This document shows positions 1 to 7,585 of a stretch of DNA of 11,112 nucleotides, in pieces (positions within the stretch are counted from its first letter, which is position 1; the number at the start of each line of letters is the position of its first letter). Source of the stretch: Ignavibacteriales bacterium (lineage in GTDB: Bacteria > Bacteroidota > Ignavibacteria > UBA10030 > UBA6906); NCBI GenBank assembly GCA_037441705.1, contig JBBIRR010000069.1, positions 1 through 11,112 of the forward strand. The letters run 5' to 3'. Position numbers and translations under genes: made by a program. Under the pieces are notes generated by a model. It saw only the letters and a program-made list of their open reading frames with translations, did no database searches and was not told the DNA's origin.

Positions 1-305
1 CGCAGATGCCACGGCTTGCCGTCTTTCGTTTTGTGGTACACCCAGCGTACAACACAGCGGTCGGCGACGGCAAACATCTCTTCGCACGCAAAATGCGCAT
101 CGGGATACGCGGCAAAAAACTTCTCCCACACCGCGCGCACTGCAGCCTGTCCCTCGAAGCGCTGGCCATCGGGCGGCGGGTATGTGGACTCGAACACGCA
201 ACCCTCCGTCATCGCTTCCATCACGGCATCAACGTCGTGACGGTTGAAGGCGTCGTTGAAGCGCTGAACGGCCTCAAGCGTTGAATCGGAATTGGTGATC
301 ATCAT
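1..305 (-). CDS. SnoaL-like / NTF2-family protein, partial (3' end runs off the window)
   Basis: Not in the ORF track. Manual translation from ATG 305 (or 302) gives MMITNSDSTLEAVQRFNDAFNRHDVDAVMEAMTEGCVFESTYPPPDGQRFEGQAAVRAVWEKFFAAYPDAHFACEEMFAVADRCVVRWVYHKTKDGKPWHL, open to the edge. The pattern F.DAFN.HD.DA...G..AVR..W..FF...PD..F...VVRW is typical of SnoaL_2/NTF2 folds. SD GGAGGGG at 311-317. Confidence 0.88.
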   Translation of the reverse strand, partial: MMITNSDSTLEAVQRFNDAFNRHDVDAVMEAMTEGCVFESTYPPPDGQRFEGQAAVRAVWEKFFAAYPDAHFACEEMFAVADRCVVRWVYHKTKDGKPWHL

Positions 306-347
306 AGATACCCCTCCCGTGAAATTTGAACCTTGGGACGCGATGCT

Positions 348-1871
348 TTAGTCCAAACTTCCGACCGCCCTCTCCACCTCTTCCAGAATCTCGCAGGACT
401 TCACCAACGCCTTCATCCGGTCATGATCGGGATAGAGTGGGCGATCCTCCTCGAGACGCTTGACATGTCTGCGAATGACGCGCAGCGCGGTGCGAACGCC
501 GAGACCCGGCGTGAACGATCGGAACTCCAACGCCTGCGCTGCAGCCATCATCTCGATGCCGAGAATGCCGTACGCGTTGTCGAGGATGTGGTCGTTCTTG
601 ATCGCCGTGTTCATGCCCATCGAAACGAAGTCCTCCTGATCGGCGGCAGCGGGGATGGAAAGAATCGACGCAGGCGCGGAGAGTATGCGCTGTTCCGTGA
701 TGAGAGCGTCCGCCGTGTACTGACTGAGCATGAATCCGGAATAGAATCCCGGATCCTCCGTTAAGAAAGCGGGCAGGCCCTGACTGAGCGCGGGGTTGGT
801 CAGGCGGTTCAGCCGACGTTCCGAGAGCACGCACACCATCGTGACCGCCGCGCCGATCATGTCCATCGGCAGGGAGACGGGTGATCCCTGGAAGTTTGCC
901 CCTGTGAGCGTGAGGTTGGCTTCGGGAAGAAAAATAGGATTGTCGGCGACGCCGTTGAGTTCCGTCTCAACCTGCTTCACTGCCCACGCAACTGCGTCGT
1001 GTGCGGCGCCGATCACCTGAGGCGTGGAGCGCATCGAATAGGCATCCTGCACTTTCGTTTTCATCTTGCCGGTGGTCAGATCACTTCCCTGCATGCACTT
1101 CATGATTGCTCGCGCGGAGCGGACGGCGCCGGGGAAGCCGCGCAGCTCGTGCAGGCGTACGTCGTACGGCTTGAGGTTGGCAACCAACGCTTCGAGCGTC
1201 ATCGCCGCAGCGATCTCTGCTTGCTTCAGCCAGCGATCAATATCGTAGAGGTGAAGGGCGCTCATCGCCGTCAGCAGATTCGAGCCGTTGATGGCCGCCA
1301 GACCATCGCGCGCCTGAAGACCGGGAATGGGAATCCCGGCGCGCTCCATGGCAACTTTGCCCGGCAATCGCTCGCCCCGGTAGTAGGCCTCGCCTTCCCC
1401 CATGAGCAGCAGCGCGGCTTGTGCCATCGGCGCAAGATCGCCGCTGGCCCCGACCGATCCCTTCTGACATACCACCGGCGTAACACCCTTGTTCAACATC
1501 TCGACGTACGTCAAGGGAATCTCGGGCCGACATGCCGAGTTTCCGTGCGCGTGCACGTTGATGCGACTGGCCATAGCCGCACGCACATATTCCACGGGCG
1601 CAGGCTCACCGATGCCGGCAGCGTGATTGTAGATGAGATACCGTTGAAACTCACGCACCTGGTCGTCGCTGAGAACAATTTCCGAAAACTCACCGATGCC
1701 GGTGTTGGTGCCGTACATGACTTCCTTTGCGCGCAGTTTCTCTTCGAGCATCGCCCGACAGGTCTTGATGCGTTCAAGCGCCGCCGGATCTAATTCGACG
1801 CGCTCTCCGTGCCGCGCGATGCGAACGAGTTTCTCAATCGTAAGTGATGAACCATCGAGTACTATTGCCAT
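348..1871 (-). CDS. hutH: MIO-dependent aromatic amino acid ammonia-lyase, most like histidine ammonia-lyase
   Basis: 507 aa with YGTNTG (catalytic Tyr loop), LIYNHAAG (His at the HAL specificity position), GSVGASGDLAP (MIO Ala-Ser-Gly), INGS, QDAYSMRSTPQ, DNP, GANF and QEDFVSMG (Glu as in HAL, not the NQD of PAL/TAL). SD-like AAGGA at 1882-1886. The family call is secure; the substrate is less so. Confidence 0.85.
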   Translation of the reverse strand: MAIVLDGSSLTIEKLVRIARHGERVELDPAALERIKTCRAMLEEKLRAKEVMYGTNTGIGEFSEIVLSDDQVREFQRYLIYNHAAGIGEPAPVEYVRAAMASRINVHAHGNSACRPEIPLTYVEMLNKGVTPVVCQKGSVGASGDLAPMAQAALLLMGEGEAYYRGERLPGKVAMERAGIPIPGLQARDGLAAINGSNLLTAMSALHLYDIDRWLKQAEIAAAMTLEALVANLKPYDVRLHELRGFPGAVRSARAIMKCMQGSDLTTGKMKTKVQDAYSMRSTPQVIGAAHDAVAWAVKQVETELNGVADNPIFLPEANLTLTGANFQGSPVSLPMDMIGAAVTMVCVLSERRLNRLTNPALSQGLPAFLTEDPGFYSGFMLSQYTADALITEQRILSAPASILSIPAAADQEDFVSMGMNTAIKNDHILDNAYGILGIEMMAAAQALEFRSFTPGLGVRTALRVIRRHVKRLEEDRPLYPDHDRMKALVKSCEILEEVERAVGSLD

Positions 1872-1889
1872 TCTGTTGATATCCTTTCA

Positions 1890-1924
1890 TGAAAAGAAAA
1901 CCACCCCGGCAGGCGTGTGGTGGT
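1890..1924 (-). terminator. Possible weak intrinsic terminator/attenuator between hisS and the lyase
   Basis: Minus strand reads ACCACC-ACACGCCTGCCGG-GGTGGT followed by TTTCTTTTC. This is a 6-bp outer stem with an imperfect interior and a U-rich tract. Confidence 0.4.
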
Positions 1925-1946
1925 GATGGTCGCAGCGGAGTGGGCC

Positions 1947-3389
1947 CTAAAGCGCTGCAAGCGTCTTCTTGATCTGTTCGACGGCCTGCGTGAGTGGAAC
2001 GGTCGCTTGCACCGTCCGCGAAAGCCTCAACCACTCTTCGCGCTCTTTGCCTTTGGCGGTGTTCTTCTTGTCCTGCAACTCAGCTCCGAGTTTCAAATTC
2101 TTGATGGTCACCTCCTTCCGCGCAAACTCTTCGCTGCCGATGATCACCGCCAGCGGAATCTGCAAGCGGTTGGCGTATTGGAGCTGTTTGCCGAGCGTCT
2201 TCTCTTCCCCCAAATACAACTCGGTGTTAATGCCTGCGCTCCGTAACTGCTGCGTGAGTGTTTGATAATCCGCCAGACGGGACGGCTCCATGACGGTGAC
2301 AAGAACGTGCGCGGTTGCGGGCGCGAGGTTGTGCAGACCCAGTTTCTCCATAGCAGCGAACAGCCGATCGACACCGATGGAGGCCCCCACAGCCGGAATC
2401 TTCTTGCCGAGAAATCGCTCGACCAGCCCGTCATAGCGTCCGCCGCCGAACACCGAACCGAACTCCGGTGCATCATCGAGGCTGGCCTCGAAGACCGGGC
2501 CGGTGTAATAATCCAATCCGCGCGCGATGCTGAGATCAAGCCGTACGCGCTCCTCGGAGATCGAGAGAGTTTCGAGCGAGTCGCACACCGCTCGCAGTTC
2601 GTCAATCGCTTCCGCTGCCGCAGCAACGTTCTGGAACAACGCCTGAAGGGATGACAGAACCTCGCGCCGCGTGCCCCGCGGTAACGCGAGGAAGCGCTTG
2701 ATCGCGCCAACCTGCTGCTCGCTCAGCCCCAACCCCGGAATTCTATCACCCGAAGCGTCAACTCTTCCGTTCGTCAGCTCGGCTGCAATGCCCTCCAGCC
2801 CGATTTTGTCCAGCTTATCGAGAACTCTGAACACGTTGTGCGCCGCTGCGCGCGGAATGCCCGCAAAATCCAGCAGACTGTTGAGCACTTTTCTGCTGCT
2901 GAAACGAATCGTGAAGCGGCCGATGCCGAGGGCTTTCAACGTATCATGCATGGCGCAGAGAATCTCAGCATCAGCGGCGAGCGAGCTGGTGCCGACGGCA
3001 TCGAGATCGAACTGCAAGAACTCACGGAAGCGTCCGGGATCGGGTTTGTCCGCCCGCCAGACCGGCGCGACCTGATAGCGGCGAAACGGCAGCGGCAGGT
3101 CGGGGTACTGCGCCACCACCCGCGCCAGCGGCACGGTCAGATCGAACCGAAGCGCGACGTCCTCGCCTTCCGGATTTTCAAAGCTGAAGATTTGCTTTGT
3201 GCTTTCTTCTCCGTACCCCAACAAGGTGACGCGGTACTCCTGTGCCGGCGTATCGAGAGGTTGGAAGCCGTAACGCTCGTACACCGAACGAATCGTTTCG
3301 ATCATCTTCAACCGCGCATTCATCTGCGCGGGAAGGTAATCGCGAAAGCCTCGCAGCAGTTTCGGCTCGACAACTTTTTGTTCAGACAT
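1947..3389 (-). CDS. hisS: Histidine--tRNA ligase
   Basis: Motifs RGFRDYLP, LRFDLTVPLAR, VWRADKPDPGRFREFLQFDLD (class II motif 2), ARGLDYYTGPVFE, GGGRYDGL, AVGASIGVDRL (motif 3) and the anticodon-binding domain LGKQLQYANR. Start placed at ATG 3389 (MSEQKVV, 480 aa) rather than the track's 3431. Confidence 0.97.
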   Translation of the reverse strand: MSEQKVVEPKLLRGFRDYLPAQMNARLKMIETIRSVYERYGFQPLDTPAQEYRVTLLGYGEESTKQIFSFENPEGEDVALRFDLTVPLARVVAQYPDLPLPFRRYQVAPVWRADKPDPGRFREFLQFDLDAVGTSSLAADAEILCAMHDTLKALGIGRFTIRFSSRKVLNSLLDFAGIPRAAAHNVFRVLDKLDKIGLEGIAAELTNGRVDASGDRIPGLGLSEQQVGAIKRFLALPRGTRREVLSSLQALFQNVAAAAEAIDELRAVCDSLETLSISEERVRLDLSIARGLDYYTGPVFEASLDDAPEFGSVFGGGRYDGLVERFLGKKIPAVGASIGVDRLFAAMEKLGLHNLAPATAHVLVTVMEPSRLADYQTLTQQLRSAGINTELYLGEEKTLGKQLQYANRLQIPLAVIIGSEEFARKEVTIKNLKLGAELQDKKNTAKGKEREEWLRLSRTVQATVPLTQAVEQIKKTLAAL

Positions 3390-3455
3390 CGGGATGTGGT
3401 CTTTCCGTTGGATCATCAAGGCGGGACACACAGATTCTGTATGATCGCGCCTTCC

Positions 3456-3484
3456 AATCTACCAGAAAATGCCAACGAAAGCAA
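3456..3484 (-). promoter_or_regulatory. Putative sigma70-type promoter for hisS
   Basis: TTGCTT (3484-3479), 17-nt spacer, TAGATT (3461-3456) preceded by TGn (extended -10), in the divergent hisS/clpS spacer. Confidence 0.5.
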
Positions 3485-3582
3485 TGAAGGCCCGGCTCGC
3501 ACGCGGCCGGCTTGCAGGCAGTGGATTCTCACACACCAATTCTTTTTCTTTGAAACAGAATTGCTTGCAGGAGAAGATGCTG

Positions 3583-3912
3583 ATGGCAGAGGAAGTCATC
3601 ACCCAGGAAGACGTTGAGCTTACCGAGCAGGAGATCACCCAGCTTGTGCCGCGCTATCACGTCGTTCTGCTCGACGACGATGAGCATACGTACGATTATG
3701 TGATCGAAATGTTGATGGACATTTTCGGTCATAGCATGAGCACGGCGTACGAGATGGCGTGCGAGGTGGACGCGAAAGGACGCGTGATTGTCGATACCAC
3801 GCATAAGGAGAGAGCAGAGTTGAAGAAAGAGCAAATCGAATCCTACGGCGCCGACTGGCGCATCCCCACCTGCAAGGGATCCATGTCGGCCACCATCGAG
3901 CCAGCCGAGTAA
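3583..3912 (+). CDS. clpS: ATP-dependent Clp protease adaptor ClpS (atypical pocket)
   Basis: PRYHVVLLDDDEHTYDYVIEMLMDIFG..AYEMACEVDAKGRVIV..ERAE..SATIEP follows the ClpS pattern. SD AGGAG at 3569-3573 favours ATG 3583 (109 aa) over the track start at 3469. Confidence 0.9.
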   Translation: MAEEVITQEDVELTEQEITQLVPRYHVVLLDDDEHTYDYVIEMLMDIFGHSMSTAYEMACEVDAKGRVIVDTTHKERAELKKEQIESYGADWRIPTCKGSMSATIEPAE

Positions 3913-3919
3913 TCTTCTC

Positions 3920-5299
3920 TTACAGCACGCGGATACGCATGCCGACACCCACCGAGCCTGTCGAGTAGTGCGAACCTTCAAACAACCACAGAATATCCTC
4001 TGTGGCTACGTCGAAGTCGAACGACCGAAAGTTGAAGCCGAACCCGAAGGCGATGTGCGAACCGCTGTGGGCGCCGAGGGAGACGCCCGTACGCAACGGC
4101 AGCCACGTCACGGGCTTGTATTCCAGACCGAACGAAAACCTTGGCTCATGACTGAGGACCGACCGGCGGCCGACACTCTGCGCGTACTCCAGGCCGAAGA
4201 GCAGTTCGCCGGGGAAAACGCCGGGACCCGAGAGCCTGTCCACCTGCGCTGCAATACCGACCCGGACCATGCCGGGCAAAGAACTGGAGAAGGCACGACC
4301 GCCTTGCATGTCGCCGCTGCTCTTGAGCATCGTAAACACGTTCTTGAACACATCCGGCTCGGAGGCCGTCATCACCGAGTCGGCCGAACGCTCAGCGACG
4401 CCGGTGGACCATTGAATGGAGCCGAGATTCGTAAGGCTAATGCCGAACGTCAGAAACTCCCCCACACCGCCCGACAGCCCAAGGTCGAGACCAAACCCGT
4501 AGCCGGCAGGATTCTGGAAGAGATTGTCCAGCGGGCGGGAAAGACTGTTGACGGTAACCCATCGCGCATGCCACGCGACCGAGCCGGAGATTGAACCATC
4601 GGGCAACGTACGAAGAGAGGCCGAGCCGGTCTCCACTTCGTAGTAACCGTAGCCCTGGATCAGTTTCAGGCTCACGCCACCGGCAAGCCAGGTGAGAAAG
4701 GATGGATGAGGAAGCCGCTGCCCAAACGAAAGCGAGTACGTACGCGCCCAGAACCCTTGCACCGCCAGGCCCTCGACATTGAACAACGACCCTGGAGATT
4801 TGCCGTAGAGCAACAACCGCGCGTACTCACGAGGAATATCGGCGGCGGCGAAAAGGCCGTAGTCTACCGTGAAAGCAACGTTGCCGGTGGAGTTGATGCG
4901 GAGCGTGATGCCGAACAGCCTTGCTATTGCTTCGGCATGCGAATGCCCAATCGAACTTTGAAATGACCGAAGAAGATTTTGTTTGTCCGACTCCGGAAGC
5001 TCAAGCAGCGGCGTGCGGGTCTTGAGATAACGAGAGTAGAGATCGTAGGTGAAGAAGTCGCTCTCAACATACATTCCCATCGGAAGAACCGTAAAGCTCA
5101 TCTTTCCGCTTTCGAGGAGAGCAAGGTTGGCGGGATTCGTCCCGATGGCATCGAGACCCATCGCACTCGCCACCGAGCTTCTTGCCATTCCCATGCCGCG
5201 GATGTTCGTCGGATTGCTTCCCTTCGCTTCACCCGTCGGGAATGCCGCAATCGAAACCAGCAACAGTTTCACCATCCAGTGCTTCATGCATCGCGTCAT
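3920..5299 (-). CDS. Probable outer-membrane beta-barrel protein (FadL/PorV/DUF5723-like)
   Basis: N-terminal signal-peptide-like segment (MVKLLLVSIAAFPTGEAKG), then RGMGMARSSVA..DAIGTNPANLA resembling the GMG..NPA start of this barrel superfamily. Many amphipathic strands follow (GFGLDLGLSG, FSFGLEYKP..LPLRTG, FGFGFNF). SD GGAGGG at 5307-5312 supports ATG 5299. Confidence 0.75.
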   Translation of the reverse strand: MTRCMKHWMVKLLLVSIAAFPTGEAKGSNPTNIRGMGMARSSVASAMGLDAIGTNPANLALLESGKMSFTVLPMGMYVESDFFTYDLYSRYLKTRTPLLELPESDKQNLLRSFQSSIGHSHAEAIARLFGITLRINSTGNVAFTVDYGLFAAADIPREYARLLLYGKSPGSLFNVEGLAVQGFWARTYSLSFGQRLPHPSFLTWLAGGVSLKLIQGYGYYEVETGSASLRTLPDGSISGSVAWHARWVTVNSLSRPLDNLFQNPAGYGFGLDLGLSGGVGEFLTFGISLTNLGSIQWSTGVAERSADSVMTASEPDVFKNVFTMLKSSGDMQGGRAFSSSLPGMVRVGIAAQVDRLSGPGVFPGELLFGLEYAQSVGRRSVLSHEPRFSFGLEYKPVTWLPLRTGVSLGAHSGSHIAFGFGFNFRSFDFDVATEDILWLFEGSHYSTGSVGVGMRIRVL

Positions 5300-5443
5300 A
5301 CGTGTGCCCTCCTTTGCAACGTTGTGATCAAAAGCCCGCGTGGACTCGAACGAGGATCCACATCGGAAGGCCGCCACTGCACACCTCTCGCAAAAGACCA
5401 GGCGCGGGGGACGGTTGGGCTTAAGATGGGTAAGAACCGTGGC

Positions 5444-5475
5444 TACAATAACGAGGAAGGAAGGGGCAAAAGCAA
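5444..5475 (-). promoter_or_regulatory. Weak candidate promoter for the barrel gene
   Basis: TTGCTT, 19-nt spacer, TATTGT on the minus strand next to an AT-rich patch. Spacing is suboptimal. Confidence 0.25.
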
Positions 5476-5558
5476 TATTTTGCGACTACTCAAGCTCTGC
5501 TAATTCTTCGAAAACCAGTATGCATGTACGTGGATTGACGTAGAAACTGAGTCGACCG

Positions 5559-5594
5559 AACAAAAAATCCCGATCTCTCATCAAGATCGGGATT
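5559..5594 (-). terminator. Rho-independent terminator after the 4-TM protein gene
   Basis: Perfect 11-bp inverted repeat AATCCCGATCT (5566-5576) / AGATCGGGATT (5584-5594) with a 7-nt loop, followed on the minus strand by TTTTGTT. It begins 26 nt downstream of the stop codon. Confidence 0.85.
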
Positions 5595-5620
5595 GCGCCT
5601 ATCGGGCACACAAGAGAGCG

Positions 5621-6055
5621 TCACGCCGCAGGGGCCTGAACCTTCGTGACCATGGCTTGCTTGCCGTAGATCGCCGCGAGCACAATGCCGAGAATGATGT
5701 ACTCTACCAGGCCGGCAATGAACCACTTCAGCGCGAACGAATAGTCAATAGGCATGGCAGCATAGGTTCCGTACGCCATTGGCACGGCCATCATCATGCC
5801 CACATAGAACCCATAGCGTACACCTTCCGCTATGCCTTTTCCTTCGTACCCCTTGGAGAAGATGAGTGTGAAGAAAAAGGCGACGAACGCGTACACAATG
5901 TAAAACAACCAAATCTTCATTTCCTCCATCGGGCGCCAGAGCTGTTTGGTCGCCTCATAATCCCCCGCCATGATCCCCGCGTTCACGGCAAACTCAAGAA
6001 TCGACAGCACAACAAACACCGCGACAGCACCAAGCCAGAACTTCTTGTCCTTCAT
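5621..6055 (-). CDS. Small integral membrane protein, about 4 TM helices (DUF1761-like, tentative)
   Basis: 144 aa with four hydrophobic segments, strong SD AAGGAGG upstream and its own terminator downstream. The family name comes from general resemblance only. Confidence 0.85.
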   Translation of the reverse strand: MKDKKFWLGAVAVFVVLSILEFAVNAGIMAGDYEATKQLWRPMEEMKIWLFYIVYAFVAFFFTLIFSKGYEGKGIAEGVRYGFYVGMMMAVPMAYGTYAAMPIDYSFALKWFIAGLVEYIILGIVLAAIYGKQAMVTKVQAPAA

Positions 6056-6160
6056 AGGACCTCCTTTGGTTGGTTAGGGTTGATGGTTGAGAGGAAGTTA
6101 CGGAGACAAAGAACAGATGACACAGCAAGGTTACAGAACAAAAGCTTCAGATTCAAGCCG

Positions 6161-7585
6161 TCACCCTTTCATCACCGCAAGGGGTACGAGCTTGGCCACT
6201 TTGCGCGCAATGCCCGCACCGTGGACGACTTCGACGACGCGGCTGACATCCTTGTATGCATCGGGTTTCTCTTCCGTCAGGCCGGATTTCGTTTCGCCTC
6301 GGACAACGACTCCCTTCTCCTTCAACTCTCGCAGAAGTTGATCTGCCGTGGTTTCTTTCTTCGCTTGCGTGCGACTCTTCGCCCGCCCGGCGCCGTGGCA
6401 AGACGAGCCGAAGGTCTCCCGCATCGCCTGCTCGGTGCCGACGAGGATGTAGGAGGCGGTGCCCATGCTGCCGGGAATGAGAACGGGCTGGCCGACATCC
6501 TGCAGCTCGCGCGGCAGCAGCGGATGGTGTTTCGGCAGCGCGCGCGTGGCACCTTTGCGATGCACGAGGACGGTCTTCCGTTGCCCGTTCACTTCATGCT
6601 CTTCCTGCTTCGCGATGTTGTGGCACACGTCGTACACAATGCGCACGTCCGACGTGCCGACGATACGCTGGAACGCTTCGCGCACCCAGTGCGTCATCAT
6701 CTGTCGGTTGCAGAAAGCGAAGTTTGCCGCAGCGGCCATTGCTTTCAGATAGTTCTGGCCCTCGTGCGAGGCGATCGGAACGCACGCAAGCTGACGATCC
6801 ACCACGGAGATGCCGTACTTCTTCATTCCGTCGTGCATGATGTCGAGATAGTCCGTGCAGACTTGATGGCCCAGGCCGCGGGAGCCGCTGTGAATGAGGA
6901 CGACGATTTGTCCCCGATGGACGCCGAATCGTCCCGCCACCTCGTCATCATACACTTCATCCACCCGCTGGATTTCGAGGAAGTGATTTCCCGATCCCAA
7001 CGTGCCGAGCTGGTGGTGCCCTCGATCTTTCGCTCGCGTGCTGACCAGCGATGGATCGGCGCCGGAGATTTTTCCGTACTCCTCGATGCGAGCAAGGTCC
7101 TCCTCGCGCCCGTAGCCGTGCGCAACCGCCCACTGCGCGCCGTCGCGCAGCACGTTGTCCAACTCGCTCTTCGTCACGTCGAGAAGTCCCTTACGCCCCG
7201 TCCCGCACGGAATATCGCGGAACAGTTGATTGAGGAGCTGCTCGACCTTGCCCTTCACTTCGCTCTCCTCGAGCGGCGAAGCCAGCAGTCGAACACCGCA
7301 GTTGATGTCAAACCCGACGCCTCCGGCAGAGACCACACCTTCATCGAGATCGGCGGCAGCAACGCCTCCGATGCAGAAGCCGTAGCCCTGATGAGCGTCG
7401 GGCATTGCCAGCGAGCGCCCGACAAGACCGGGCAGTGTGGCAACGTTGGCAACCTGCTCCTTCGTCTGGTCCTTCTCGATCTGGCGGATCAACTCATCAT
7501 CGGCATAGATCAGCCCTTCGATCCGCATTCCATGCTTGTACGATGTCGGAATGATGTAGCGGTACTTATCTATTCTCTTGAGCAT
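6161..7585 (-). CDS. rtcB: RtcB family 3'-phosphate/5'-OH RNA ligase (long, archaeal/eukaryote-like type)
   Basis: 474 aa with MPDAHQGYGFCIGGV, GVGFDINCGVR, GTLGSGNHFLE, HSGSRGLGH, HNIAK, HRKGATRA, IPGSMGT, SSCHGAGR (guanylylated His), EEKPDAYKD and C-terminal KG. The metal ligands are all present. Confidence 0.97.
   Translation of the reverse strand: MLKRIDKYRYIIPTSYKHGMRIEGLIYADDELIRQIEKDQTKEQVANVATLPGLVGRSLAMPDAHQGYGFCIGGVAAADLDEGVVSAGGVGFDINCGVRLLASPLEESEVKGKVEQLLNQLFRDIPCGTGRKGLLDVTKSELDNVLRDGAQWAVAHGYGREEDLARIEEYGKISGADPSLVSTRAKDRGHHQLGTLGSGNHFLEIQRVDEVYDDEVAGRFGVHRGQIVVLIHSGSRGLGHQVCTDYLDIMHDGMKKYGISVVDRQLACVPIASHEGQNYLKAMAAAANFAFCNRQMMTHWVREAFQRIVGTSDVRIVYDVCHNIAKQEEHEVNGQRKTVLVHRKGATRALPKHHPLLPRELQDVGQPVLIPGSMGTASYILVGTEQAMRETFGSSCHGAGRAKSRTQAKKETTADQLLRELKEKGVVVRGETKSGLTEEKPDAYKDVSRVVEVVHGAGIARKVAKLVPLAVMKG

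Noticed and set aside
6-284. Plus-strand ORFs 6..284 and 16..240
   Set aside because: They are shadows of the minus-strand SnoaL-like gene, which has the SD and the family pattern.
1834-2034. 66-aa minus-strand ORF crossing the hisS-lyase spacer as a candidate leader peptide
   Set aside because: It is in a different frame from the His-codon run, overlaps both genes and has no evident SD.
333-3617. Plus-strand and alternative-frame ORFs over the lyase and hisS (e.g. 999..1793, 2838..3617, 2144..2710)
   Set aside because: They overlap well-supported genes and have low-information Arg/Ala/Ser-rich composition with no motifs.
5339-5362. GTTCGAGTCC resembling a tRNA T-loop (minus strand)
   Set aside because: The flanks do not form a T-stem and no cloverleaf or acceptor stem can be built.
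5360-5402. Fragments resembling glycine or cobalamin riboswitch motifs (CGGAAGG, GCCACTG, CTCTC..CAAAAG)
   Set aside because: They lie on the plus strand with no downstream plus-strand gene, and other core elements are missing or in the wrong order.
6056-6163. Possible readthrough fusion of rtcB to the in-frame 4-TM gene
   Set aside because: A TAA occurs ten codons after the rtcB TGA, and the downstream gene has its own strong SD.
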